Shown piece after piece: positions 51,630 to 60,094 of a stretch of 64,000 nucleotides of DNA. A program made the position numbers and the translations under genes. Each line of letters starts with the position of its first letter. The first letter of the stretch is position 1. The notes under the pieces are model-generated. The model saw only the letters and a program-made list of their open reading frames with translations. It was not told where the DNA came from and made no database searches. This DNA is from an uncultured Planctomycetaceae bacterium (GTDB lineage Bacteria; Planctomycetota; Planctomycetia; Isosphaerales; Isosphaeraceae). The stretch lies in assembly GCA_963833985.1 (NCBI GenBank), contig CAWIAD010000001.1:2400001-2464000 (forward strand), given 5' to 3'.

Positions 51630-54600
51630 ATGAAATACAGCGATCTGGTCAAGTTCGAGCCTATCGAGACCGTCATCGAGCTTGAGCAGGCGAACTCGCT
51701 CGCGGCCGTCCGGCAACTTGTCGGGATATTTGTGATTTCAAAGCACATGGCTGAAGACCTGTGCAATCTGGTGATCCCCAACCTGCAATTCGATACGCCC
51801 GCCGACAACAAGGGCTTCCTGATCGTTGGCAATTACGGCACGGGTAAGAGCCACTTGCTCTCACTCATCTCCGGGCTGGCCGAACACTCCGAGATGGCGA
51901 AGGTCGTCAAAGACAAGGACGTGGCGAAGGCGGCGAGGGCGATCTCCGGCAAATTCAAGGTCGTTCGCCTGGAAATCCCCGCCACTAAGAAGAGTCTCCG
52001 CAATATCATCTGCGGCAGGCTCGAAGATTTCATGTCGAACGAAGGACTGTCCTTCAATTTCCCTGCCGAGGACCAAGTTGATAGCAACAAGGACGACCTG
52101 TCGGCCATGATGGCTCAGTTCAACGAGAAGTACCCTGACCACGGGCTACTCCTGGTCGTCGACGAGCTGCTCGATTACCTGAAGTCTCGCAAACAGCATG
52201 ATCTCGTACTGGACTTGGGGTTCCTGCGGGAGATCGGCGAGGTCTGCAAACGCATCCGCTTCCGCTTCATTGCGGGCTTGCAGGAGAGTCTGTTCGACAA
52301 CCCGAAGTTCCAGTTCGTCGCCGAGAGCCTGCGACGGGTCAAGGCTCGCTTCGAGCAACTTCGCATCGTCCGGGAAGACGTGGCCTACGTCGTCTCCGAG
52401 CGGTTGCTGACCAAGAATGACGAGCAGCGGGCCAAGATTCGGGAACACCTTCAGAAGTTCACACCGCTCTACGGAGGCATGGCCGAACGGCTCGAAGAGT
52501 TCGTGCGACTGTTTCCCGTCCACCCGGCCTACCTGGAAGTCTTCGAGCGCGTTTTTGTCGCCGAAAAGCGGGAAGTGCTGAAGACGTTGAGCGCCGAGAT
52601 CAAGCGCTGCCTGAATCTCGACGTGCCCACGGATCAGCCGGGCCTCATCAGCTACGACACGTACTGGGCGTTTCTCCAGGGCGACGCCGTGCTGCGAGCC
52701 GACGCGACGATCCGAGAAGTGATCGACGTGAGCACGGTGGTCGAGAACCGCATCCAGCAAGCCTTCACCCGGAAGGCCCTTCAGCCGATGGCCGAGCGGA
52801 TCATCCACGGCCTGTCGATCCAACGGCTGACGACCGACGATATCAGGGCCAAGATCGGCCCGACCGCCGAAGAGCTTCAAAACGGCCTCTGCCTGATGGC
52901 CCCGATCCCGGAGAAGACCAGCGACTTCCTGCGAACCACGGTGGAAGCTTGCCTGAAGGAGATCATGAAGACGGTCAGCGGGCAGTTCATCACGCACAAC
53001 ACCGAGAACGACCAGTATTACCTCGACCTGCAAAAGACCATCGATCACGACGCCAAGATCCAGGACAAGGCCGATACGCTCTCCGACTCCCAACTGGACC
53101 AATACTACTTCGACGCCCTCACCCGGGTTCTGGAACTCACCGATCAGCCGCCTTACGTCCGGGGCTACCAGATTTGGGAACACGAGATCGAGTGGCGAGA
53201 GCACAAGATCACACGCCGAGGCTACCTCTTCTTCGGCGCACCCAATGAGCGATCGACGGCCCAGCCGCCGCGTGACTTCTACATCTACTTCCTTCAGCCG
53301 TTCGAGCCACCGCATTTCGACGATCAGAAGCTCGCCGACGAGGTTTTCTTCAAGCTGACGCACCGGGACAAACAGTTTCAGGAAGCGCTTCGCCTCTACG
53401 CGGGCGCTCGTGAAATGGCGGCCTCGGCTAGTAGCGGCACGAAGAAGGTCTACGACGACAAAGCGGACGGGTTGCTCAAGACGCTGGTGGCGTGGCTACG
53501 CTCTAACATGCTGACCTCGTTCGAGGTCGTTCACCAGGGCGTCCCCAAGAAAATGGTTGAGTGGCTCAAAGGCCACCGCACGGGCAACGCTGCCGTGCGT
53601 GATCTTCTCGAACTCACCGGGTCCGTTTGCCTGGCGACCTCGTTCGAGGATCGTTATCCGGAGTACCCGACTTTCACGGTCAAGCTCGTTGCGAGCAACC
53701 TCAAGCAACCAACGGAGGACGTCATCCGCTGGCTGGCGGGAGGGGTTAAGAATCAACTCGCCTCCTCCGTGTTGGACGGGCTGGAACTGCTCGACGGCGA
53801 TAAGCTGAAGCCGCAAAAGTCTTGTTACGCCAAGGTCGTCCTTGAGAAGCTGGAAGCCAAACCTCCCGGACAGGTCGTCAATCGCAAGGAGCTCATCACC
53901 GTCAAGAATGGCGTGGAGTTGGAGTCTCGTTATCAACTTGAGCCCGAGTTTTTGCTGATCGTCCTGGCTTCGCTCGTTCAGAACGGCAACCTCACCCTGA
54001 GCGTGGCCGGAAAGAAGCTCGATGCCGCCAACCTGGGCGAAGCGACGAAGACTCCCCTGGATCAACTGGTGGCGTTCAAACATGTGGAGAAGCCAAAGGG
54101 CTTGCCTTTGGCCGAGTTGGTCGCCCTGTTCGAGTTGCTTGGGTTGGCCGAAGGGCTGATCCGCAACGAGAACACGCACGACGAGGCGGTGAAGCAACTT
54201 CGATCCAAGGCCAACGAACTGACTGAGAAGGTCGTCACGGTCGCCCAGCATGTTCAGACCGGCCTCCCTTGCTGGGGCAGCGAACTAATTCCCGCCGAGG
54301 ATCGCGAGAATCAGCGGCAGAAGCTCGATGACCTCAAGAGTTTCCTTGAAGGTTTGCAAGCGTTCAACACGCCTGGCAAGCTCAAGAACTTCTCCAAGAG
54401 CGTGCTGGAGATTCAGGGGCATGTCGCCACCCTCGATCTCATCAAGCAAATCGAAGACCTGAACACGCTCGTGCAAGAGTTGACGGCACTGACCAGTTAC
54501 CTGGGAACCGCTGCTGCCGTGCTTCCGTCATCAGACCCGTGGCGGACGCAAATGGAGTGCATGCGAAGCGAGTGGCGTGCCAAGCTGATGGACCCCAGCG

Positions 54601-55340
54601 TTCGCAACGCCGCCGATTTCCGCCAGAAGATCAACCGTGCTTTGCAGAATGTGAAGGACGATTACCGCACGGCCTATTTCAATCTGCACAAGAAGGCCCG
54701 CCTCGGGGCCAACGAAGACGGGAAGAAGAAGGAACTCCTCAAGGACGCCCGGCTCGAAAGCCTGAAGAAACTGGCCGGGGTATCACTCCTCTCGCATTCG
54801 ACATTGACCGATCTTCAGTCAAAGCTGGCCAAGGTGCTGACTTGCTTCACTCTGGTCAAGGATGACCTCGATTCCTCGGCCATCTGCCCGCATTGCAACT
54901 TCCGACCGCAGGAGGAGAGCCTCGGTGCGAGCGGTGTCGCGGTCCTCGACCACATCGACCAGCAGCTTGACGCCCTCATCGAGAACTGGACGAAAACGCT
55001 GCTCGACAACCTGGATGATCCCACCGCCAGGAAGAGCATTGATCTGTTGCCGGAGGCTCAGAAGCGAGCCGTCGATGCCTTCCTCAAGAGCAAGAAGCTC
55101 CCAGAGAAGATCAGCAACGATCTTGTTCAGGGGATGCAGACGGCGTTGTCTGGATTGACCGCCATTTCCGTGAAGACGACCGACTTGCTCGAAGCTCTTA
55201 GCGCTGGCGGTGCTCCCTGCACGGTCGAGCAGATTCATGATCGCTTCGGGGATTTCGTTGGGAAGATCACTCGCGGCAAGGAACCGGCCAAGGTTCGTCT
55301 TCTCATCGATCGCGGCGAGACTCCAGGAGCGAAGGCGTGA
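51630..55340 (+). CDS. brxC: BREX-3 ATPase BrxC (DUF6079 family)
   Basis: MKYSDLVKFEPIETVI, Walker A GNYGTGKSHL, Walker B VVDELLDYL, FPVHP, C-terminal CPHC. Confidence 0.9.
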   Translation: MKYSDLVKFEPIETVIELEQANSLAAVRQLVGIFVISKHMAEDLCNLVIPNLQFDTPADNKGFLIVGNYGTGKSHLLSLISGLAEHSEMAKVVKDKDVAKAARAISGKFKVVRLEIPATKKSLRNIICGRLEDFMSNEGLSFNFPAEDQVDSNKDDLSAMMAQFNEKYPDHGLLLVVDELLDYLKSRKQHDLVLDLGFLREIGEVCKRIRFRFIAGLQESLFDNPKFQFVAESLRRVKARFEQLRIVREDVAYVVSERLLTKNDEQRAKIREHLQKFTPLYGGMAERLEEFVRLFPVHPAYLEVFERVFVAEKREVLKTLSAEIKRCLNLDVPTDQPGLISYDTYWAFLQGDAVLRADATIREVIDVSTVVENRIQQAFTRKALQPMAERIIHGLSIQRLTTDDIRAKIGPTAEELQNGLCLMAPIPEKTSDFLRTTVEACLKEIMKTVSGQFITHNTENDQYYLDLQKTIDHDAKIQDKADTLSDSQLDQYYFDALTRVLELTDQPPYVRGYQIWEHEIEWREHKITRRGYLFFGAPNERSTAQPPRDFYIYFLQPFEPPHFDDQKLADEVFFKLTHRDKQFQEALRLYAGAREMAASASSGTKKVYDDKADGLLKTLVAWLRSNMLTSFEVVHQGVPKKMVEWLKGHRTGNAAVRDLLELTGSVCLATSFEDRYPEYPTFTVKLVASNLKQPTEDVIRWLAGGVKNQLASSVLDGLELLDGDKLKPQKSCYAKVVLEKLEAKPPGQVVNRKELITVKNGVELESRYQLEPEFLLIVLASLVQNGNLTLSVAGKKLDAANLGEATKTPLDQLVAFKHVEKPKGLPLAELVALFELLGLAEGLIRNENTHDEAVKQLRSKANELTEKVVTVAQHVQTGLPCWGSELIPAEDRENQRQKLDDLKSFLEGLQAFNTPGKLKNFSKSVLEIQGHVATLDLIKQIEDLNTLVQELTALTSYLGTAAAVLPSSDPWRTQMECMRSEWRAKLMDPSVRNAADFRQKINRALQNVKDDYRTAYFNLHKKARLGANEDGKKKELLKDARLESLKKLAGVSLLSHSTLTDLQSKLAKVLTCFTLVKDDLDSSAICPHCNFRPQEESLGASGVAVLDHIDQQLDALIENWTKTLLDNLDDPTARKSIDLLPEAQKRAVDAFLKSKKLPEKISNDLVQGMQTALSGLTAISVKTTDLLEALSAGGAPCTVEQIHDRFGDFVGKITRGKEPAKVRLLIDRGETPGAKA

Positions 55341-55555
55341 TGACTTCGCTCATTCTGAACCCCAAGCTGAGCTTGGTCACTGACCAACCTCCAAGCCGTC
55401 CAATCCACTTGGTCACTGACCAAGTTGGTCGATCGTCCTCGAACATGAACATCACCGCGAGTATGGGCGTCGCATCTGACGATGGCCCTGACGGCGGCAT
55501 CGACGCCGCCGAGATCGAGCGGATCGCTCGCAAGAAGATTCTCCTGGAAGGATAA
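55337..55555 (+). CDS. Possible small ORF between brxC and pglXI (contains two DNA palindromes)
   Basis: Start overlaps the brxC stop; 72 aa; coding status uncertain. Confidence 0.3.
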   Translation: MMTSLILNPKLSLVTDQPPSRPIHLVTDQVGRSSSNMNITASMGVASDDGPDGGIDAAEIERIARKKILLEG

Positions 55556-55566
55556 AGGCAAGAATC

Positions 55567-58272
55567 ATGGCGAAGAAGTCCCACAAACCGCAATCAGAGC
55601 GGCTGTTTGAAGAGCACCTGGTTCCTGCCGAGCCAGGGTCGGGAAGGCTGTTCGACGTCAGCTACTCGGTCGATCGGTCAAAGCCTGTCGAATGCCTGGG
55701 GATGACGTTTGCCAATGACGAGGCTCGACGGGATTATTTCACGGCGAAGTTGCGCGAGAAGTTGAAGGACCCGGTCTTTCGCAAGATCGAGGGCTTTCCA
55801 GTTGGAGACGATGAGGACATCCTTGAGTTATCCGACCCGCCCTTTTATACCGCTTGCCCAAATCCGTTCCTTGCACAATTCATTGCCCATTACGGTAAGC
55901 GATATGACCCTACATTGGAGTACAAGCGGGAACCAATTGCCGCTGACGTGAGTGAAGCTCGTACGGAAATACTCTACACGGCACACTCGTACCACACCAA
56001 AGTGCCGCCACGCGCGATCGCACGGTATATCCTTCACTTCACTTCGCCCGGCGAGCTCGTGCTCGATGCTTTTTCCGGCTCGGGGATGTCTGGAGTCGCA
56101 TGCGGTCTATGCGCCGAGAGCGAACTGGCCAAGGAGTGCGGCGCAGAGGCAGGAATTCGGTATCCAGTGCTCTGCGACCTGTCGGCTGCGGCTACATTCA
56201 TAGCGTCTGTGTATCTGAATCCTCCCAATGTAGAACGCTTCGCAACTGCTTCGCAGGCACTCATCGTCAACGCGGAGAAAGATCTTGGCACCCTCTGGAA
56301 GACCGATTCTGGCGATCCCGTCGAGTTTCAGATCTGGACAGAGGTCTTCGCATGCCCACATTGCCAGCAGCCGGTCATCACGGAGCGCGTGGTGGACGCC
56401 ACCGAAGACATCGGAACTGCCAAAGAATTTCCCTGCCCTCACTGCAATGGCATCGTTAGCAAAGCTCCGTCGAAGGGCAGCAATTCGACTCGTCTCGAAC
56501 GACGCCTGCTAAATCGCTTTGATCATGGGTTGAAAACCGCCACGACGTACCTGCCTCGGTCGCCGATTTTCTGTCAGGCTCTCGTGAAAGGGGAACGAAC
56601 AAAGCTGCCGACCATGAAGCCTCAACAGGCAAGACTTGAGTCATTGGAGCACGACTCACCGTTCTGGTATCCCGTAGATCCGCTGATTAAAGGCGAGCGA
56701 TACGAATTGAAGGACTACTGCCGAGCATATGGGATCACACACATTCATCACTTTTACCTTCCAAGGCAACTGCGCACATATAGCTATCTATGGAATGCTG
56801 CTTCTTCGGAACCAAACCGCGACTTGCGCAACGGTCTTCGGTTCTTCATCCAGTCAAATGCTCTCGGCATGACTGTCATGAACCGATTTGGCCCAACTCA
56901 CTTCTCTCAGGTAAGCAGAATCTTTTCTGGAACGCTCTACGTTCCATCCGTCGTGGCTGAGACTTCTCCCACATATACTTACCTCAACAAACGGGAGCGG
57001 CTCCTTAAGGCGTTCGCGCGGCTGAGTAATCCATCGCTCAAGTACGCGATCACAACACAAAGTTCCACGAACCTTAAGGCCATACCTGACGACAGCATTG
57101 ATTACGCGTTTGTCGATCCGCCGTTCGGTAGGAATTTGCAGTACTCAGAATTGAACCAAATTTGGGAGTCGTGGCTACGCGTTAAGACGAACCGACAACC
57201 AGAAGCCGTAATGGACGCAACTCGGCAACGGGAGATTCCAGAGTACACCGATCTGATGCGGAGCGCGTTCCGCGAATTGTTCAGGGTCTTGAAGCCCGGG
57301 CGTTGGCTCACGGTTGTATTTCATAACGCGTCAAATTCCGTCTGGTTTGCCATTCAGGAATCTTTAATGTCTGCGGGGTTTGTAATCGCAGATGTCCGCA
57401 CCCTCGACCGCGAAAGCGATACCTACAAGCAATCACGCCAAGGCCTCGTGAAACAAGACTTGGTGATTTCGACTTATAAGCCGACAAAGGAATTCGAGGA
57501 GCGATTTAGGGTCGGTGCGTCAACCGAGCAAGGCGCATGGCAATTTGTCGAACTGCATTTGAGTAACATCCCAGTGGCGGTCATGAGCGGTAACAAGTTG
57601 GAGGTTGTTCCAGAGCGCCAGAACTATCTTTTATTTGACCGTATGGTGGCGTTCCACGTTCAGAGAGGGATCGGCGTGCCTCTTTCCGCCTCCGATTTCT
57701 TTCAAGGCTTGAAGCAGCGTTTTCCAGAGCGAGACGAAATGTACTTTCTGCCAAGTCAGGTGTCTGAGTATGAGCAAAATCGAATGCATGCAAGCGTTCT
57801 GGAGCAGCCTGAGCTTTTCGTTTCGGACGAGAAGAGCGCGATTCAATGGGTGCGCCGCCAGTTGGCGACCATCCCCGCTAGTTACCAGGACCTCCAACCG
57901 ACATATATGCGAGAAGCCCAACGGGTCTGGGAAAAACACGAGCAGCCCATCGAACTCCTCCGCATCCTGGAGGAGAATTTCGTTCAGGACTCAAGTGGTG
58001 CGTGGCATATCGCTGACTCCAACAACGAAGTTCACTTGGAACAGCTTCGACATAGATCGCTGATGAAGGAGTTCCAGCAATACCTCGACACCAAGAGCAA
58101 ACTCAAGGTCGTTCGCACCGAGGCGCTTCGTGCTGGCTTTAAGGACTGCTGGCAGAAGAAGGACTATGCGACCATCGTGCATACGGCAAGACGGGTCCCT
58201 GAATTGGTGATTCAAGAAGACCAATCTTTGCTGATGTACTTCGATAACGCTTCGTTGTTGCTGGGCGAGTAA
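55567..58272 (+). CDS. pglX: BREX-3 DNA amino-methyltransferase PglXI
   Basis: LSDPPFYTACPNPF, HSYHTKVP, motif I LDAFSGSGMSG, two CPHC, motif IV VDPPF, RVLKPGRW, C-terminal RTEALRAGF. Confidence 0.9.
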   Translation: MAKKSHKPQSERLFEEHLVPAEPGSGRLFDVSYSVDRSKPVECLGMTFANDEARRDYFTAKLREKLKDPVFRKIEGFPVGDDEDILELSDPPFYTACPNPFLAQFIAHYGKRYDPTLEYKREPIAADVSEARTEILYTAHSYHTKVPPRAIARYILHFTSPGELVLDAFSGSGMSGVACGLCAESELAKECGAEAGIRYPVLCDLSAAATFIASVYLNPPNVERFATASQALIVNAEKDLGTLWKTDSGDPVEFQIWTEVFACPHCQQPVITERVVDATEDIGTAKEFPCPHCNGIVSKAPSKGSNSTRLERRLLNRFDHGLKTATTYLPRSPIFCQALVKGERTKLPTMKPQQARLESLEHDSPFWYPVDPLIKGERYELKDYCRAYGITHIHHFYLPRQLRTYSYLWNAASSEPNRDLRNGLRFFIQSNALGMTVMNRFGPTHFSQVSRIFSGTLYVPSVVAETSPTYTYLNKRERLLKAFARLSNPSLKYAITTQSSTNLKAIPDDSIDYAFVDPPFGRNLQYSELNQIWESWLRVKTNRQPEAVMDATRQREIPEYTDLMRSAFRELFRVLKPGRWLTVVFHNASNSVWFAIQESLMSAGFVIADVRTLDRESDTYKQSRQGLVKQDLVISTYKPTKEFEERFRVGASTEQGAWQFVELHLSNIPVAVMSGNKLEVVPERQNYLLFDRMVAFHVQRGIGVPLSASDFFQGLKQRFPERDEMYFLPSQVSEYEQNRMHASVLEQPELFVSDEKSAIQWVRRQLATIPASYQDLQPTYMREAQRVWEKHEQPIELLRILEENFVQDSSGAWHIADSNNEVHLEQLRHRSLMKEFQQYLDTKSKLKVVRTEALRAGFKDCWQKKDYATIVHTARRVPELVIQEDQSLLMYFDNASLLLGE

Positions 58273-58279
58273 GTTAACC

Positions 58280-58528
58280 ATGACCACCCTGGCGAGTTTT
58301 GCAATCGGTAGCTCGGCCCTTCGTGCGGCCCACGCGGTGTGGGTGCGTACGCTCGATGCCGAGTCGGTCTGGAAACACACCGACTATCAGGTCCGGATTC
58401 CGCGATTGGTCATGGTCGAACAAGTTCGCGCCGTATCGCTTTCGCCGGCTCAACCGACGAATGCGACCTACCTCGGATATACCTCGACCAAGTCCCTCGG
58501 ACGGGAGAACAAGGCTGAACCCGCATGA
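58280..58528 (+). pseudogene. Degenerate duplicate of the brxHII 5' end
   Basis: VRTLDAESVWKHTDYQVRIPRLVMVEQVRAVSLSPAQPTNAT aligns without gaps to BrxHII VRILDVETVWSHTVYQVWIPRLATVERVPAESLSPDQPTKAT. Confidence 0.85.
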
Positions 58529-59943
58529 CGAGTCCCGAAACAATGACCCTGGTCGAACTCCACAAGCTCGTTGCCGAGAGCAAGGGTGAATGGGAGCACC
58601 TGGAGTTCAAGAAGACCACTGGCGAGTTGCACGGGGGAATGGAGACGCTGTGCGCCTTCCTCAACGGCGTGGGCGGGAAAGTCCTGTTCGGGGTGACCAA
58701 TGCGGGCAAAATTCAGGGGCAGGACATGGCTGACGCCACATACCAGGAAGTGGCGAACGCCATTCGCAAGTTGGAACCTCCCGCATGGATCGAGCAAATC
58801 CGCGTCCCCGTCGCGGGCACCAAGGAAGTCCTGATCCTGGAGACGACTCAGCAGACGGACGGCCCATACACCTTTGACGGCCGACCTTACCAGCGTATCG
58901 GCAACACGACCTCCCGGATGCCGCAGGCGGAGTATCAGCGGCGTCTGCTGGCGCGAGTCTACCTCAAGCATCGTTGGGAGAATCACCCCGCTGAAAGGTA
59001 CTCGGTCGCGGATTTGGATCTTGCCGAGGTGGAGCGAACGCACCGAATCGCCATCGATGTGCGGCGCTTGGAGACACCTTTTACGTCACCGTTGGATACC
59101 CTGGACCGGTTGCAATTGCGCCGGGATGGGCTTTTGCTCCAGGCGGCGGTCGTGCTTTTCGGCAAAAAGCAAATGCCCGATTACCCCCAGTGTGCCCTGC
59201 GGATGGCCCGGTTTCGAGGCACAACCAAGGATGAATTTATCGACCAACGGCAAATCCACGGTCATGCGTTCAACATCTTGGAAGAAGCCGCTCTGTTCTT
59301 GCGGCGTCACGTCGCCGTGGCAGGCTGGTTCGAGGAAGGCAAGCTGGAGCGGCAGGAGAAACCAGGATTTCCCTTCCTTGCACTCCGCGAAGCAGTCGTC
59401 AATGCGATATGCCATCGCGATTATTCGATACCCGGCGGAGCGGTCCACGTCGCCGTGTACGACGACCGGCTAGAGATCATAAGCACGGGCCTGCTGCCAC
59501 CGGGCATTACCGTGGCCGACCTCAAGCAAGACCATGCCTCACGGCCGCGCAATCCGCTGATCGCCGAACCGTTTTATCTGCGTTCCCTGATCGAGAAGTG
59601 GGGCCGCGGAACGCAAAGAATTGTGACGCTGTGCCGGGACGGTGGCTACCCTGACCCCGAGTTCTTGGAAGCGGCAGGCGCGGTCACCGTGCGATTCCCG
59701 GCAGCCGGCTACCAAGCGGCGACAAAAGCTCGGTCTCACTTGACGGAACGCCAGCGGAGCATTGTGTCGATCCTGAGCGACGGGAGAGAGCGGTCTTTCC
59801 CCGATTTATTCGAGGCGATGGAGAGCCCACCGAGCGCACGGACAGTTCAGGCTGAAATGCGCGCGTTGCGCGATCTCGGATTGATCGGTTCTCGGGGACG
59901 CGGGAAATCCGCAAGGTGGTGGCTCAAGGAGGGCGAGTCATAA
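58525..59943 (+). CDS. AlbA_2/Schlafen-domain ATP-binding protein (AlbA_2 + HATPase_c_4 + wHTH)
   Basis: EHLEFKK..CAFLN..GGKVLFGV; ALREAVVNAICHRDY; RNPLIA..IEKWGRG; C-terminal winged helix (GRGKSARW). Confidence 0.88.
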   Translation: MTSPETMTLVELHKLVAESKGEWEHLEFKKTTGELHGGMETLCAFLNGVGGKVLFGVTNAGKIQGQDMADATYQEVANAIRKLEPPAWIEQIRVPVAGTKEVLILETTQQTDGPYTFDGRPYQRIGNTTSRMPQAEYQRRLLARVYLKHRWENHPAERYSVADLDLAEVERTHRIAIDVRRLETPFTSPLDTLDRLQLRRDGLLLQAAVVLFGKKQMPDYPQCALRMARFRGTTKDEFIDQRQIHGHAFNILEEAALFLRRHVAVAGWFEEGKLERQEKPGFPFLALREAVVNAICHRDYSIPGGAVHVAVYDDRLEIISTGLLPPGITVADLKQDHASRPRNPLIAEPFYLRSLIEKWGRGTQRIVTLCRDGGYPDPEFLEAAGAVTVRFPAAGYQAATKARSHLTERQRSIVSILSDGRERSFPDLFEAMESPPSARTVQAEMRALRDLGLIGSRGRGKSARWWLKEGES

Positions 59944-59947
59944 TGCC

Positions 59948-60007
59948 GTCGAGTGCAGTCGAGCGCAGCCCAGCGCAATCGGGCGCAGCCCAGTGCAATC
60001 GAGCGCG
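59948..60007 (+). repeat. Six degenerate 10-bp tandem repeats
   Basis: gtcgagtgca gtcgagcgca gcccagcgca atcgggcgca gcccagtgca atcgagcgcg. Confidence 0.75.
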
Positions 60008-60094
60008 GTCCACGACTGTCGTCGGAAGTCGTGCGCCGTCGCGCGGAACTACCTGGAATGGTGCGACGCTGCCACGAGAAAGGCGTCGGGAACC

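Noticed and set aside
59993..60094. Longer GTG start for brxHII
   Set aside because: It begins inside the 10-bp repeat tract; the duplicated 5' segment indicates that the conserved protein starts near 60095-60122.
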